From assembly GCA_965231015.1 (NCBI GenBank), contig OZ246408.1:396488-460487 (forward strand): a stretch of DNA of 64,000 nucleotides, in the 5' to 3' direction. This DNA is from an uncultured Gammaproteobacteria bacterium (lineage in GTDB: Bacteria > Patescibacteriota > Patescibacteriia > UBA9934 > CAZDDW01). Shown here piece by piece: positions 7,986 to 17,407 of the stretch. Position numbers and translations under genes: made by a program. Numbering within the stretch: the first letter of the stretch is position 1; every line of letters starts with the position of its first letter. Under the pieces are notes generated by a model. The model ran no database searches. It had not been told where the DNA came from and was given only the letters and a program-made list of their open reading frames with translations.

Positions 7986-10900
7986 ATGGAACAAGCTAAA
8001 AAGGGCACAAAAGTCAATACAAAGGTCGCTGCCAACACTGCCGATGGTCCCGTCGGTGAAGTTTGGGCTTTTTTGACTTCACTGAAGTCTGTAGGTAAAC
8101 GCAACGGTGGGGAAGAATCTTTTGATGCGGAAAAACTCCACTGTTCTATATTTAAGAGTTTACACGAGGCTGGGATTAAGAACGAACAAAGAGCTTTAGA
8201 TATTACCAGTCAGGTTATTGAGAGGTTGAATCAGACCTATAATGGACACAAGGTGCCACAGACTATAGACATCCGTGAGGTTGTAAACGCTACGCTTGTG
8301 GACAATAACCTGGTTCACGTATCCAAGCTGTACATTGATCATCGTCAGCAGTTGAATGTGTCTTTGTCAGAAAAAGAACAGTTTGGTAATGGAATTGAGT
8401 TCAGTCGTTTCTTTACTGAAGATAGTAAACACCCATATGAGAAAATTGAATGGGAAAAACGAGATGCTCGCATTACTAATGAAAAAGGTGAGGTGGTATT
8501 TGAACAGACCGGCGTTGAGGTTCCCAAGACTTGGTCGCAAACCGCAACAAATATTGTGGTTTCCAAATATTTCCGAGGACAAATTGGTAAGGATGATCGT
8601 GAATACTCGGTTAAGCAGTTAATTGACCGCGTGGCAAAAACCATATCCGAATGGGGACGCCGCGGCGGTTATTTTCAATCAGAAAAGGATGCCGTGGTAT
8701 TTGAAGAAGAATTGACCCACATCTTGGTCAACCAAATGGCTGCTTTTAACTCCCCGGTCTGGTTTAATGTAGGGATCAACCCAAAGCCCCAGTGTTCAGC
8801 CTGTTTTATTAACTCGGTTTCTGATGACATGCGTTCAATCATGAATCTGGCCACCACTGAATCCATGATTTTTAAGGGTGGATCCGGTTCCGGGGTCAGT
8901 CTTTCCGGTTTACGATCCAGTCAAGAATATTTGGGTGGTTCAAACGGAAAGTCATCCGGTCCGGTTTCCTTTATGAAAGGACTTGATGCTTTTGCCGGAG
9001 TAATTAAGTCCGGTGGAAAAACCCGTCGGGCTGCAAAAATGGTTGTATTAAACGTGGATCATCCGGATATTGAGGAGTTTATTGAGTGTAAGGCCGAGGA
9101 AGAGAAAAAGGCCTGGGCGCTTATGGATTCCGGTTATGACGGTTCAATTGATGGCCCGGCTTACGCCAGTGTGTTTTTTCAAAATGCCAACAACTCGGTT
9201 CGGGTAACAGATGAGTTTATGGAGGCAGTGGAAAAGAAAGTAGATTGGGTAACCAAAGAGGTGACCACCGGGAATCCATCTGTGAAATATCCGGCCAAGG
9301 ATTTAATGGACAAAATTTGTGATGCTGCTTGGCAATGTGGAGATCCGGGAATGCAGTACGACACCACGGTTAATAAGTGGCACACTTGTAAAAATTCCGG
9401 ACGTATCAACGCGTCTAATCCGTGCAGTGAGTACATGTTTTTGGATGATTCAGCCTGCAATTTGTCTAGTTTGAATCTGATGAAATTCCGCAAAAAGGAT
9501 CCGGCTACCGGATTAATGGTGTTTGATGCCAAGGCGTTTAAAAAAGCGGCCGAGGTTATGATTACGGCCATGGAAATTGTGGTCGACCCATCAAGTTATC
9601 CAACTCCGGCCATTGAACGCAATTCTCATATTTTTCGACCGCTCGGAATTGGTTATGCCAACCTGGGAGCACTTCTGATGAGCATGGGCCTGCCGTATGA
9701 TTCGGATGAAGGACGCAATGTGGCCGGAGCCATCACGTCTCTTATGAGCGGTCACACATATTTACAATCTGCCCGAATTGCTAAGCGTAAGGGGCCGTTT
9801 GTTATGTATGAAAAAAACAAAGACCCAATGCTGGAAGTTTTACGGATGCACCGAGAAGCCACCAAAGATATGTCTCGCGAGGGTGTGCCTGAAGAATTAA
9901 TGCTTGAAGCACTCGCTGGCTGGGAAAAGGCAGTGGCTAAGGCTGAAGAACACGGCGTACGCAATGCTCAAATTAGCTTATTGGCACCAACCGGAACCAT
10001 TGGTTTTCTCATGGATTGTGATACCACGGGAATTGAGCCGGACATTGCTCTTGTAAAATATAAGTGGCTCGTGGGTGGTGGCATGGTGAAGATTGTGAAC
10101 AAAACTGTTCCTGAAGCACTGGATCGTATGGGGTATTCTAAGGAACAGATTGAAGATATTCAGGCCTATATTGAAAAGAAAGATACTATTGAAGGTGCAC
10201 CACACATTGAAGAAGAGCATTTGCCCGTGTTTGATTGTGCTTTTAAGGCACAAAATGGCAGCCGCTCGATTCACTACTTGGGGCATCTGCGCATGATGGG
10301 TGCGGTTCAGCCGTTTTTATCCGGAGCCATTTCAAAAACAGTTAATATGCCAAACGAGGCTACCCCGGATGATATTGCTGAAGTCTACCGCGAGGGTTGG
10401 AAGATTGGCTTGAAAGCTATTGCGATTTACCGTGATGGATCCAAGCGTCAGCAGGCTCTGACGACCAGTTTGGAAAAAGATAGTTCAAAAAAGGAAGTCA
10501 AAGAAGTGTACAAGCCGCGCCGTCGACGCTTGCCGGATGAACGCAAGGCTGTAACGCACAAATTCGCGGTGGGAAGTCATAAGGGCTATGTCACAGTCGG
10601 GCTCTATGATGATGGAAAACCGGGTGAAATTTTCATTACCATCAACAAGGAAGGTTCAGTCATTAGTGGTTTAATGGACTCTTTTGCAACCTCGGTTTCG
10701 ATTGGGTTGCAGTACGGAGTACCTTTGAATGTGCTGGTGAATAAGTTTGTGCACATGCGTTTTGAGCCGTCCGGATATACTAACAATCCAAATATCCGCA
10801 TCGCTAAATCAATCGTTGATTATATCTTCCGCTGGATGGCTATGAAGTTTTTGCCGCCAGACGAAGCCATTGCCGCCGGAGTGAATGTGAGTATTGAAGA

Positions 10901-11174
10901 CCAAGAAGCTTTGGCTGAAGTTGCAGTTAAAGAAGCGGTTGAAACCAAAGAGGTTGGCGATCAGGTTGAAGAGAAAGATGATGGGGAACAAGGAAAGCTG
11001 TTTGAAGCAAAAGAAAATAATGAAGAAAAGGCAGAAGTGGGAAACCATGAATTAGCCGCCACGTTTGAAAATAGTTCTGACGCACCGGTTTGTGATACTT
11101 GCGGGTCGGTTATGGTGCGCAACGGTGCTTGCTATAAGTGTCTCAATTGCGGAGCCAGTTCTGGCTGTAGCTAA
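7986..11174 (+). CDS. nrdJ: adenosylcobalamin-dependent (class II) ribonucleotide reductase
   Basis: N-terminal ATP-cone; NPCSEYMFLDDSACNLSSLNL active-site region; C-terminal CxxC...CxxC zinc ribbon; 1062 aa. Confidence 0.8.
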   Translation: MEQAKKGTKVNTKVAANTADGPVGEVWAFLTSLKSVGKRNGGEESFDAEKLHCSIFKSLHEAGIKNEQRALDITSQVIERLNQTYNGHKVPQTIDIREVVNATLVDNNLVHVSKLYIDHRQQLNVSLSEKEQFGNGIEFSRFFTEDSKHPYEKIEWEKRDARITNEKGEVVFEQTGVEVPKTWSQTATNIVVSKYFRGQIGKDDREYSVKQLIDRVAKTISEWGRRGGYFQSEKDAVVFEEELTHILVNQMAAFNSPVWFNVGINPKPQCSACFINSVSDDMRSIMNLATTESMIFKGGSGSGVSLSGLRSSQEYLGGSNGKSSGPVSFMKGLDAFAGVIKSGGKTRRAAKMVVLNVDHPDIEEFIECKAEEEKKAWALMDSGYDGSIDGPAYASVFFQNANNSVRVTDEFMEAVEKKVDWVTKEVTTGNPSVKYPAKDLMDKICDAAWQCGDPGMQYDTTVNKWHTCKNSGRINASNPCSEYMFLDDSACNLSSLNLMKFRKKDPATGLMVFDAKAFKKAAEVMITAMEIVVDPSSYPTPAIERNSHIFRPLGIGYANLGALLMSMGLPYDSDEGRNVAGAITSLMSGHTYLQSARIAKRKGPFVMYEKNKDPMLEVLRMHREATKDMSREGVPEELMLEALAGWEKAVAKAEEHGVRNAQISLLAPTGTIGFLMDCDTTGIEPDIALVKYKWLVGGGMVKIVNKTVPEALDRMGYSKEQIEDIQAYIEKKDTIEGAPHIEEEHLPVFDCAFKAQNGSRSIHYLGHLRMMGAVQPFLSGAISKTVNMPNEATPDDIAEVYREGWKIGLKAIAIYRDGSKRQQALTTSLEKDSSKKEVKEVYKPRRRRLPDERKAVTHKFAVGSHKGYVTVGLYDDGKPGEIFITINKEGSVISGLMDSFATSVSIGLQYGVPLNVLVNKFVHMRFEPSGYTNNPNIRIAKSIVDYIFRWMAMKFLPPDEAIAAGVNVSIEDQEALAEVAVKEAVETKEVGDQVEEKDDGEQGKLFEAKENNEEKAEVGNHELAATFENSSDAPVCDTCGSVMVRNGACYKCLNCGASSGCS

Positions 11175-11352
11175 CAGGGGGGGCTCGGAAATATAATATT
11201 GGCACCGTTCGGATCGGACGGTGCTTAATTTTATTGAAGGTGTCAGACCTCACTCATACGTCGACCAAACAAGACTGAATTGGTTAACCAACGTTCGATC
11301 TGGCGGTTTGGCCTCCGAACGTGCTGTGATATATTTCCTCGCTATAAGGGGG
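11174..11352 (+). ncRNA. conserved structured leader element, copy B
   Basis: Shares CACCGTTCGG, CTCACTC, CCAAACAAGACYGAATTG, GTTCGAT and CCTCCGANCGTGC blocks with copy A. Closing helix AAATATA (11189-11195) with TATATTT (11330-11336). Confidence 0.5.
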
Positions 11353-11373
11353 GTGGAGTGGTACAATGAATTT

Positions 11374-11952
11374 ATGAACTCGAATCAACAAATAACGGAT
11401 CTTCGAATCAAGGGGCGTGAGGGGTATGGTTTAATTCAAGTCTTTACCGGGGACGGCAAGGGTAAAACCACTGCCGCTCTTGGTGAAGTTTTGCGTTGTG
11501 TGGGCGCGGGCAAAAAATGTGGAGTAGTGTTTTTTGATAAGGGCGGCGAGCATTACTCGGAGCGTCGCGTTCTTGATCAGCTTGGGGTTGATTGGTGGAG
11601 TAGTGGTCGAGATCGAATTGATCCACAAACCGGTCGCTTTGATTTTTCTGTGACTGACCTAGATAAAACCGAAGCGATTGGTGCACTTAGCATTGCTTTG
11701 GAACTGTTTAAACAGGCCAGTCATGATCTGATTGTTTTAGACGAAATAAATGTGGCTATGGATAAGGGGATGATAGAAACCGAACAGGTTTTAGACTTAT
11801 TGAAAATCAAACCAGCCATGACCGAATTAGTTTTGACCGGTCGCGAAGCACCGGAGCCGATTCTAAAGGCCGCTCACCTGGTGACAGAAACTAAACTAAA
11901 AAAACACTACTTTTATAGTGGTGTTCCGGCGCGGGAAGGTCTGGATTATTAA
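11374..11952 (+). CDS. cobO: cob(I)yrinic acid a,c-diamide / corrinoid adenosyltransferase (CobO/BtuR family)
   Basis: GDGKGKTTAALG P-loop, VLDE motif. Start chosen at the first in-frame ATG after the leader element; the ORF track extends to 11221 across the element. Confidence 0.7.
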   Translation: MNSNQQITDLRIKGREGYGLIQVFTGDGKGKTTAALGEVLRCVGAGKKCGVVFFDKGGEHYSERRVLDQLGVDWWSSGRDRIDPQTGRFDFSVTDLDKTEAIGALSIALELFKQASHDLIVLDEINVAMDKGMIETEQVLDLLKIKPAMTELVLTGREAPEPILKAAHLVTETKLKKHYFYSGVPAREGLDY

Positions 11953-12938
11953 CCAAGGAAAAGGCTGGCAATGGAAAAGTAAACAAAAATAGAAAGCAAA
12001 TCCTGCAGGGTGGTAGTAAAGGGGCCTGACCCAAGAGCTGGGTCTTTTTTCATTTTGTAAAGTAAAAGCGGGACACCGATAGCAATGGCTCCGGATTTGA
12101 GAATATTGAGGAACATGGTGATACCTACTATGGCCGCGGCCACTGGAGAGTTGATCCAAAAGAGGATCAGAACCATAATGGCTAGCGCACAGATAATACC
12201 AAAAATAAAGTCCACGGCTAATTCTCGCAATAGATAATTCTTGGTGTTTAAATTGTCGCTGCCAAGTGAACGGATATAGATTAACTGTGTTTGGTGTCCA
12301 ACCGCGTCACCCATATAAACCACAACCGGGATGAAAAAGGCTAAAGCTAAAATTTCAGCCAAGGTCTGTTCAAAATAACCAATTACAAAGGTGGCCGCGA
12401 TTCCACCGGCTAACCCAAGCAACAACCATGGTGCGCGCAAGTGTACCAACCGAGAAACCCCAGCGTTAACTAGGGTCCGAAATTGCATCTGATCCGGCGG
12501 GGTCACCCCGGAAAAACGGAGGATATCTTCCACGTTTGCTTGGTGCAGGGTTTGCACCACCTGGTCTGAACCAAACACTCCGAGCAGACGTCCGGTCTTT
12601 GAGACAATTGGCACCTGTTTTAGGTTGCTTCTGATAGCCAACATCGAGGCTCGTTCTTTGTGGGTATAAGGACGGGCTGTTACCAGCTCCTTTGTAGCCA
12701 CACTTTTTAACTTTTTCCTTTTGGCAGCTTGAAACAGTTCCTTAATTGAAAGAACTCCCACCAGTTTGTGTTTATTGTTGGTTAAATAAATATAATTAAT
12801 GTTTTTCCACTCTTTGCTTTTTTCAACGAGCTCATTTTGAGCCTTGCTGACCGTAGTGTCCTGATTGAAAACAGGAATTTCGGTCAAAATATCATGACCG
12901 ACCAGATGGGTGGAAAAAAATTCCTCCTTTTTAGACAT
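11949..12938 (-). CDS. mgtE: magnesium transporter MgtE (CBS pair + MgtE TM domain; short N-terminus)
   Basis: CBS-like region followed by 5 TM helices and a conserved MgtE C-terminus. Confidence 0.7.
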   Translation of the reverse strand: MSKKEEFFSTHLVGHDILTEIPVFNQDTTVSKAQNELVEKSKEWKNINYIYLTNNKHKLVGVLSIKELFQAAKRKKLKSVATKELVTARPYTHKERASMLAIRSNLKQVPIVSKTGRLLGVFGSDQVVQTLHQANVEDILRFSGVTPPDQMQFRTLVNAGVSRLVHLRAPWLLLGLAGGIAATFVIGYFEQTLAEILALAFFIPVVVYMGDAVGHQTQLIYIRSLGSDNLNTKNYLLRELAVDFIFGIICALAIMVLILFWINSPVAAAIVGITMFLNILKSGAIAIGVPLLLYKMKKDPALGSGPFTTTLQDLLSIFVYFSIASLFLG

Positions 12939-13039
12939 AACAAGTTTATTTTAGCACAAAAATTATTTATCAGCACTAAGGATTGACTTAAACATAAAAA
13001 TTTGTTTAGATAGAGTACGGTTGAAAAGGAGGCGTCACT

Positions 13040-13390
13040 ATGGGGGACAAGGGTCAGGAAGTCCTGGACCTATCCGATGAGGCTTGGTCTGAGGCATACA
13101 AGACCTACGCCCGTGGTCTCAAGGCCGCCCCGATCGAAACGGTGCGTGAGGCCTGTATCACACATACGAAGCACGTGGTACACCTTCTAGACTGGATTCA
13201 CTCGCCTGGCAAGCAGGTCCCGCGACCGCTAGCCAAGCGTTCCTTTCTCCAGCTTTATCTGTTCTTTAACACCCTCCGATACGTTTTTGACAAGCGGCTT
13301 GGGTCTGGCTCTGTGATTTTTCAGGGCTTTGAGATCAACTACGACGAACTTCGGCCTTTGCTTACCAAGGCAGAACACAGGGCCAGCTGA
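13040..13390 (+). CDS. hypothetical protein in a GC-rich island
   Basis: 116 aa; SD AAAAGGAGG; followed by terminator CCGGG..CCCGG TTTTTT at 13391-13424. Confidence 0.45.
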   Translation: MGDKGQEVLDLSDEAWSEAYKTYARGLKAAPIETVREACITHTKHVVHLLDWIHSPGKQVPRPLAKRSFLQLYLFFNTLRYVFDKRLGSGSVIFQGFEINYDELRPLLTKAEHRAS

Positions 13391-13484
13391 CCGGGACAGT
13401 CGAACAACTGAACCCGGTTTTTTGTTGTGCACAAAAAAAGTTGATAAATGTGGTATATTAAAACAAAGAAGTAATTATTTTTTT

Positions 13485-15407
13485 ATGCCCATTAAGCTAA
13501 TAGTGGCTAGTTTATCTATTTTTGGATTGACTTTTCCATCTTTTTTATTCTTACAAGTAGCGAGCATTTATGCGGCAACCTTACAGGAAAACATTGAGAG
13601 CATAGTCTATATTGAGTGTGGTTATTACGATGAATGGAATGATAATGAGCCGGTTGTTTATGCGAGTGGATCCGGGGTTGCCCTGGATAATGGTCTGGTT
13701 TTAACCAATTCACACGTGGCCTTTGATGCATATATTTATGAAGATTATGATGGGTATTATGGTTCAGATTACGTTTGTATTGAGCCGGATGAAGGAACTA
13801 TTTCTTGCGGGCAAACTGTAAGTGGAGACAACACAAGTGGATCCTGGGAACTGGCTGATTATATTACCGGTAGCATTATGGACGGTCCGGAAGACGTTTA
13901 CAGTTTTGAGTTGTCTGACGAATCAGATGTCACTTTTACACTTGAGAATGTAAACAATGAGGCTGATCTGGGATTCATGGTTATGAGTGCCGATAGTGAA
14001 AATACCGGGCTGGCCTGTTCAGAACAAACAATTTTAGATGGTGACTGGGAGCTTGGTGGTGTTATTGAGGAACAAACAGCCACACTGGAAGCCGGGACAT
14101 ATTACATTGCCGTGGACGGTTGGTTTGAAGAAGATTATGGGGAGTATGAGTTGAGTGTGACCTGCTCTGATCCAACCGGAATTGAGACCCATGAAAGTTG
14201 GTATGGTGATGATTATGAAAGTGGATGGTCGGCTGATTGGGAGTATTATGATGACACAACATACTACGAAATTTACGAATATGATTTTTGTATTGGGGGG
14301 ATTGCTCCGAACGCATACACCACTCCGGAAATGGATATTGTGTTAGAGAACGATATTTGGAATCTGACCAACAATTATGATTATGCTTTTATGAATGCTT
14401 ATACCGAGGATGGTTATGAGTACGATTTTGATCGAGCGGTTACTTATGGAAATCCTGACTCTTTGGTTCACGGTGATGCCCTGGATTTGATCGGTTACCC
14501 TGGGGTATTAAATTCAAGTATCACCACAACAACCGGAACCGTTTCCGGTTTTGACGGAACTGACTGGATCATTTCAGACGCCATTGCTGAATTTGGTAAT
14601 TCTGGAGGCGGTGCTTTCGATGTCAACGGAAACTTGATCGGTATACCAACCGAAGTGGTATCCGGATATCTGAACTCATATTCATATATCCAAAATTTAA
14701 ACGCGATTTTAGAAGATGCTATTGGTACGGAAGTAGTAGATCGGGATTACGACACTCTTTACACCACGGAAAACGTTGTGTGTTTTGATAATGATGAGTG
14801 TTATCAGTACGGGGAAGGAGTAGATGATTTGGATTATGGCGAAGAATTGGGAGCGCAAGATTATAATCCCAACGTCAAGGGAGTGGATGAATATCAGTAT
14901 GAAAAAGAGTATTACCAAAATGGCAACGGGGACGATTTCATTGACGATGATCCGGGTTCATACAACGAAGCAAATTATGACGGTGACTTAGTTGATCGAT
15001 TAACCGGTTATGTTCTGTTGCAAACCGACGAGCATGGTGAAGCCTGGTATGTTAATCCGGATGACCTTTACCGATACTACATGGCTAACGGAAGCGTGGC
15101 TTATGAGATGATGCGCTCCTTTGGGCTTGGTATCACGGATGCGGATTTGGCTAAGATCCCATTAGTTGATGATGTCTTGGTAGTAGATGATCAGACCGGT
15201 ATTTGTGCGAGTAATGCTTCGGCCAGCCGTTTAGCCGGGCAGATATTGCTTCAGGTTGAACAACATGGAGAAGCTTGGTACGTTGACCCGGACACCTGTT
15301 ATCGGGTGTACATGGCCGACGGAGATGCGGCTTATGACATCATGCGCTACCTGAGCCTTGGAATTTCTAATAACGATCTAACTAAACTGCCAAGTAGCAG
15401 CTTATAA
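13485..15407 (+). CDS. secreted trypsin-like (S1) serine protease with PPC-like insert and two C-terminal ~60-aa tandem repeats
   Basis: LTNSHV (His) and GNSGGG (Ser) motifs; signal peptide from the ATG at 13485. The upstream part of ORF 13329 contains a terminator and is not coding. Confidence 0.6.
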   Translation: MPIKLIVASLSIFGLTFPSFLFLQVASIYAATLQENIESIVYIECGYYDEWNDNEPVVYASGSGVALDNGLVLTNSHVAFDAYIYEDYDGYYGSDYVCIEPDEGTISCGQTVSGDNTSGSWELADYITGSIMDGPEDVYSFELSDESDVTFTLENVNNEADLGFMVMSADSENTGLACSEQTILDGDWELGGVIEEQTATLEAGTYYIAVDGWFEEDYGEYELSVTCSDPTGIETHESWYGDDYESGWSADWEYYDDTTYYEIYEYDFCIGGIAPNAYTTPEMDIVLENDIWNLTNNYDYAFMNAYTEDGYEYDFDRAVTYGNPDSLVHGDALDLIGYPGVLNSSITTTTGTVSGFDGTDWIISDAIAEFGNSGGGAFDVNGNLIGIPTEVVSGYLNSYSYIQNLNAILEDAIGTEVVDRDYDTLYTTENVVCFDNDECYQYGEGVDDLDYGEELGAQDYNPNVKGVDEYQYEKEYYQNGNGDDFIDDDPGSYNEANYDGDLVDRLTGYVLLQTDEHGEAWYVNPDDLYRYYMANGSVAYEMMRSFGLGITDADLAKIPLVDDVLVVDDQTGICASNASASRLAGQILLQVEQHGEAWYVDPDTCYRVYMADGDAAYDIMRYLSLGISNNDLTKLPSSSL

Positions 15408-15413
15408 AAATAT

Positions 15414-15974
15414 ATGTATAAAAAATTATTATTTGGCTTTGTTGCCTTTTCGTTTCTAGTTTTTGCCGGTGCCGGTTGTGACTTTAGTGTTGGGGACACA
15501 GATTTTTTGGAAGATGATGACTTTATGTCTTTTAATGAACAGAGTGACGGGACAGATTTTACTGATGAAGATTTTGCAGAATTGGAAGCTCAGATTGCCG
15601 AGATTAATTCCTACACCGATGTCGAGATTGACGCACCAGTCAGTGTGAGCAAAGGAGATGATTTGACTTTTACGGTTACGGTCACGAATTCGGATTCAGA
15701 GTCTCACAGTCTGCGCAGTATTGACGTGGCTTATGATTTCCTTGATGGAATTTATGTCACTGACGTTACACCGGATCCGGATTTGGAATATGATGTTGAT
15801 GCTATTTCCCAGCATATTTTTGAGTTCAATTATGCTATTCCGGCTAACTCTTTCGTAGAGGTGGTTTTCAGTGCTTCTGCGGTTAAAACCGGAGACTTTG
15901 GAGGTGACTTTGATATTTGTATTGACGGTGATGCTTCTTGTATCTTTGACTTTATCCGCACGATTGTTGAATAA
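15414..15974 (+). CDS. acidic lipoprotein (lipobox AGAGC), CARDB/DUF11-like beta domain
   Basis: signal + Cys lipobox, 186 aa. Confidence 0.5.
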   Translation: MYKKLLFGFVAFSFLVFAGAGCDFSVGDTDFLEDDDFMSFNEQSDGTDFTDEDFAELEAQIAEINSYTDVEIDAPVSVSKGDDLTFTVTVTNSDSESHSLRSIDVAYDFLDGIYVTDVTPDPDLEYDVDAISQHIFEFNYAIPANSFVEVVFSASAVKTGDFGGDFDICIDGDASCIFDFIRTIVE

Positions 15975-15992
15975 AGATTAGTTAGAAACCGA

Positions 15993-16036
15993 AGACAGGG
16001 CCGAATCTCGTTTGAAGGGGTTGACCCTGTCTTTTA
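15993..16036 (+). terminator. intrinsic terminator
   Basis: GACAGGG...CCCTGTC + TTTT. Confidence 0.5.
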
Positions 16037-16077
16037 TTTGTGGTAGGTTGTCGTGTCGAAGACAAAGGGAGGTCACT

Positions 16078-16665
16078 GTGTCCAAATACCGTTATTTCGA
16101 TTTGACTCCAGAAGTGATCGGGGCCATGATCATTGCCGCCAAGGAACGAACCAGCTTGTTCCAGGTTGAGTGGATAACGGCCCGTCCTTTCACTCACCTG
16201 ATGGTTCTCTCGCGCCTTCAGGTCTCGGCCTTGGAACTCGAGGCCGCGGCTCTGGTGTATTCACTGGATTCAGACGGTGCTCTGCCACTGCTTCATGACA
16301 GCGAGGTTGGTAGAAAGGTCCGGGCTCCGGTGAGGCAATTGAGTCGTTTCAACCTGGAGGTCACCGGCAACCAGGCCTGGCGAACCGAGCAAGAAAAGAG
16401 AATCGATTATTTGCGGCAACAGTGGAATGACGAAGTGATGAGTTTTCTGATGGCTTTGTGGGTGACCGAACTGCTGGAATTTGTTTGGTTGCGTCACAAA
16501 GACTGGGATTATTGTCTTCATCAGCCGGACATTCACTGGCTCTACTTCACAGAGAATCTGTTCGATCTATACAACATGAAGTACCGTCTGGGCGCGGACG
16601 AGCGTCCCCCTCTTGATGAGTGGAAACGTCTGGTGCGCGACATTCTGAGCCTACATCTGCGATAA
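16078..16665 (+). CDS. RelA/SpoT-type HD-domain-like protein, paralogue 1 (HD replaced by YS), GC-rich
   Basis: GTG start after GGAGGT; ELEAAALVYSLDSDG aligns to the RSH AETLAAALLHDVVEDT region. Confidence 0.4.
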   Translation: MSKYRYFDLTPEVIGAMIIAAKERTSLFQVEWITARPFTHLMVLSRLQVSALELEAAALVYSLDSDGALPLLHDSEVGRKVRAPVRQLSRFNLEVTGNQAWRTEQEKRIDYLRQQWNDEVMSFLMALWVTELLEFVWLRHKDWDYCLHQPDIHWLYFTENLFDLYNMKYRLGADERPPLDEWKRLVRDILSLHLR

Positions 16666-16685
16666 AAACAGAAGGGAATTGTGAC

Positions 16686-17300
16686 ATGAGTATTCTTGAA
16701 GAGCGCTTCGATCTGGTTGAAGAGATGAGCAGTGTTACGTTCCAAGTCGAGCTGGCCAATCAGGCCGTCCGTCTGGCCAGGGACATTCTGGTGGAAAGCC
16801 CGGAGGACAGTCAGTACAATCCCTTGGCCCGACCCCAAGAGATTTACATGCTGGCCCACTTCTGGGAGGTTCCGGACGAGGTGGTAGCCGCTTGCCTGAT
16901 GTATGGGCTGGTCGGGCACAACCAGTCTATCGAGGCCGGTCTTGTGGCCGAGCACACGAATTCGCGTGTCGCCGAGATCCTGTCTCAAGTACGAAAGATC
17001 ACCATTCGTTTCAACAAGAAGCGGAGTCTGGCCAACCTGAGGCCCTTTGCCATGCTGGCCGCCGAGAACGATCCCGATGTTCTCTTCACGGTCGTGGCCG
17101 GACTGATCTTTGTCAATATGGCCCTGATAAGAAACCTGGAGGCCCTGGCCGGCAACGACTATGCGGCCAGAGAGCTGCTCCTTGATACGGCCATGGCGGT
17201 ATCACTCAACACTGCCCACCCTCACAATCAGGGCTTGATGAAGGCTCTGGAGGATTTCGATCATCCCATCAAGAAGCAGTGGCTGGCTCAACTGGTCTAG
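16686..17300 (+). CDS. RelA/SpoT-type HD-domain-like protein, paralogue 2 (HD replaced by YG), GC-rich
   Basis: Hand alignment over ~170 aa to the SpoT hydrolase domain (LARD.., DEVVAACLMYGLV, VAEIL.., ..NMALIRNL.., DYAARELLLD); the catalytic residues are not conserved. Confidence 0.45.
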   Translation: MSILEERFDLVEEMSSVTFQVELANQAVRLARDILVESPEDSQYNPLARPQEIYMLAHFWEVPDEVVAACLMYGLVGHNQSIEAGLVAEHTNSRVAEILSQVRKITIRFNKKRSLANLRPFAMLAAENDPDVLFTVVAGLIFVNMALIRNLEALAGNDYAARELLLDTAMAVSLNTAHPHNQGLMKALEDFDHPIKKQWLAQLV

Positions 17301-17349
17301 TCCACTTCTTGACCCCTCCTTCACCCGCTTGAATTGCGGGTGTTTCTTT

Positions 17350-17378
17350 TTGACAGCGTTCAGCTCGGGGTGTAAGTT
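17350..17378 (+). promoter_or_regulatory. promoter (TTGACA-17-TAAGTT) for paralogue 3, downstream of the terminator at 17322-17350
   Basis: read directly. Confidence 0.4.
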
Positions 17379-17407
17379 TAAAATAGGTTTATGTTAGGAG
17401 GTGGAAA

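Noticed and set aside
11174-11373. Cobalamin riboswitch upstream of cobO / downstream of nrdJ
   Set aside because: I could not find the B12-box (GCCACUG-type core) or other cobalamin-riboswitch hallmarks. The element also has a homologue upstream of a glycosidase, so it is reported as an unknown family instead.
13329-13484. N-terminal extension of the protease ORF (start at 13329) and of ORF 16012, 5122, 41169 (csp), 61296 (cysS), 58765 (sigma)
   Set aside because: The extensions cross terminator hairpins or lack an SD sequence. Internal starts with an SD sequence or signal peptide match the family N-termini.
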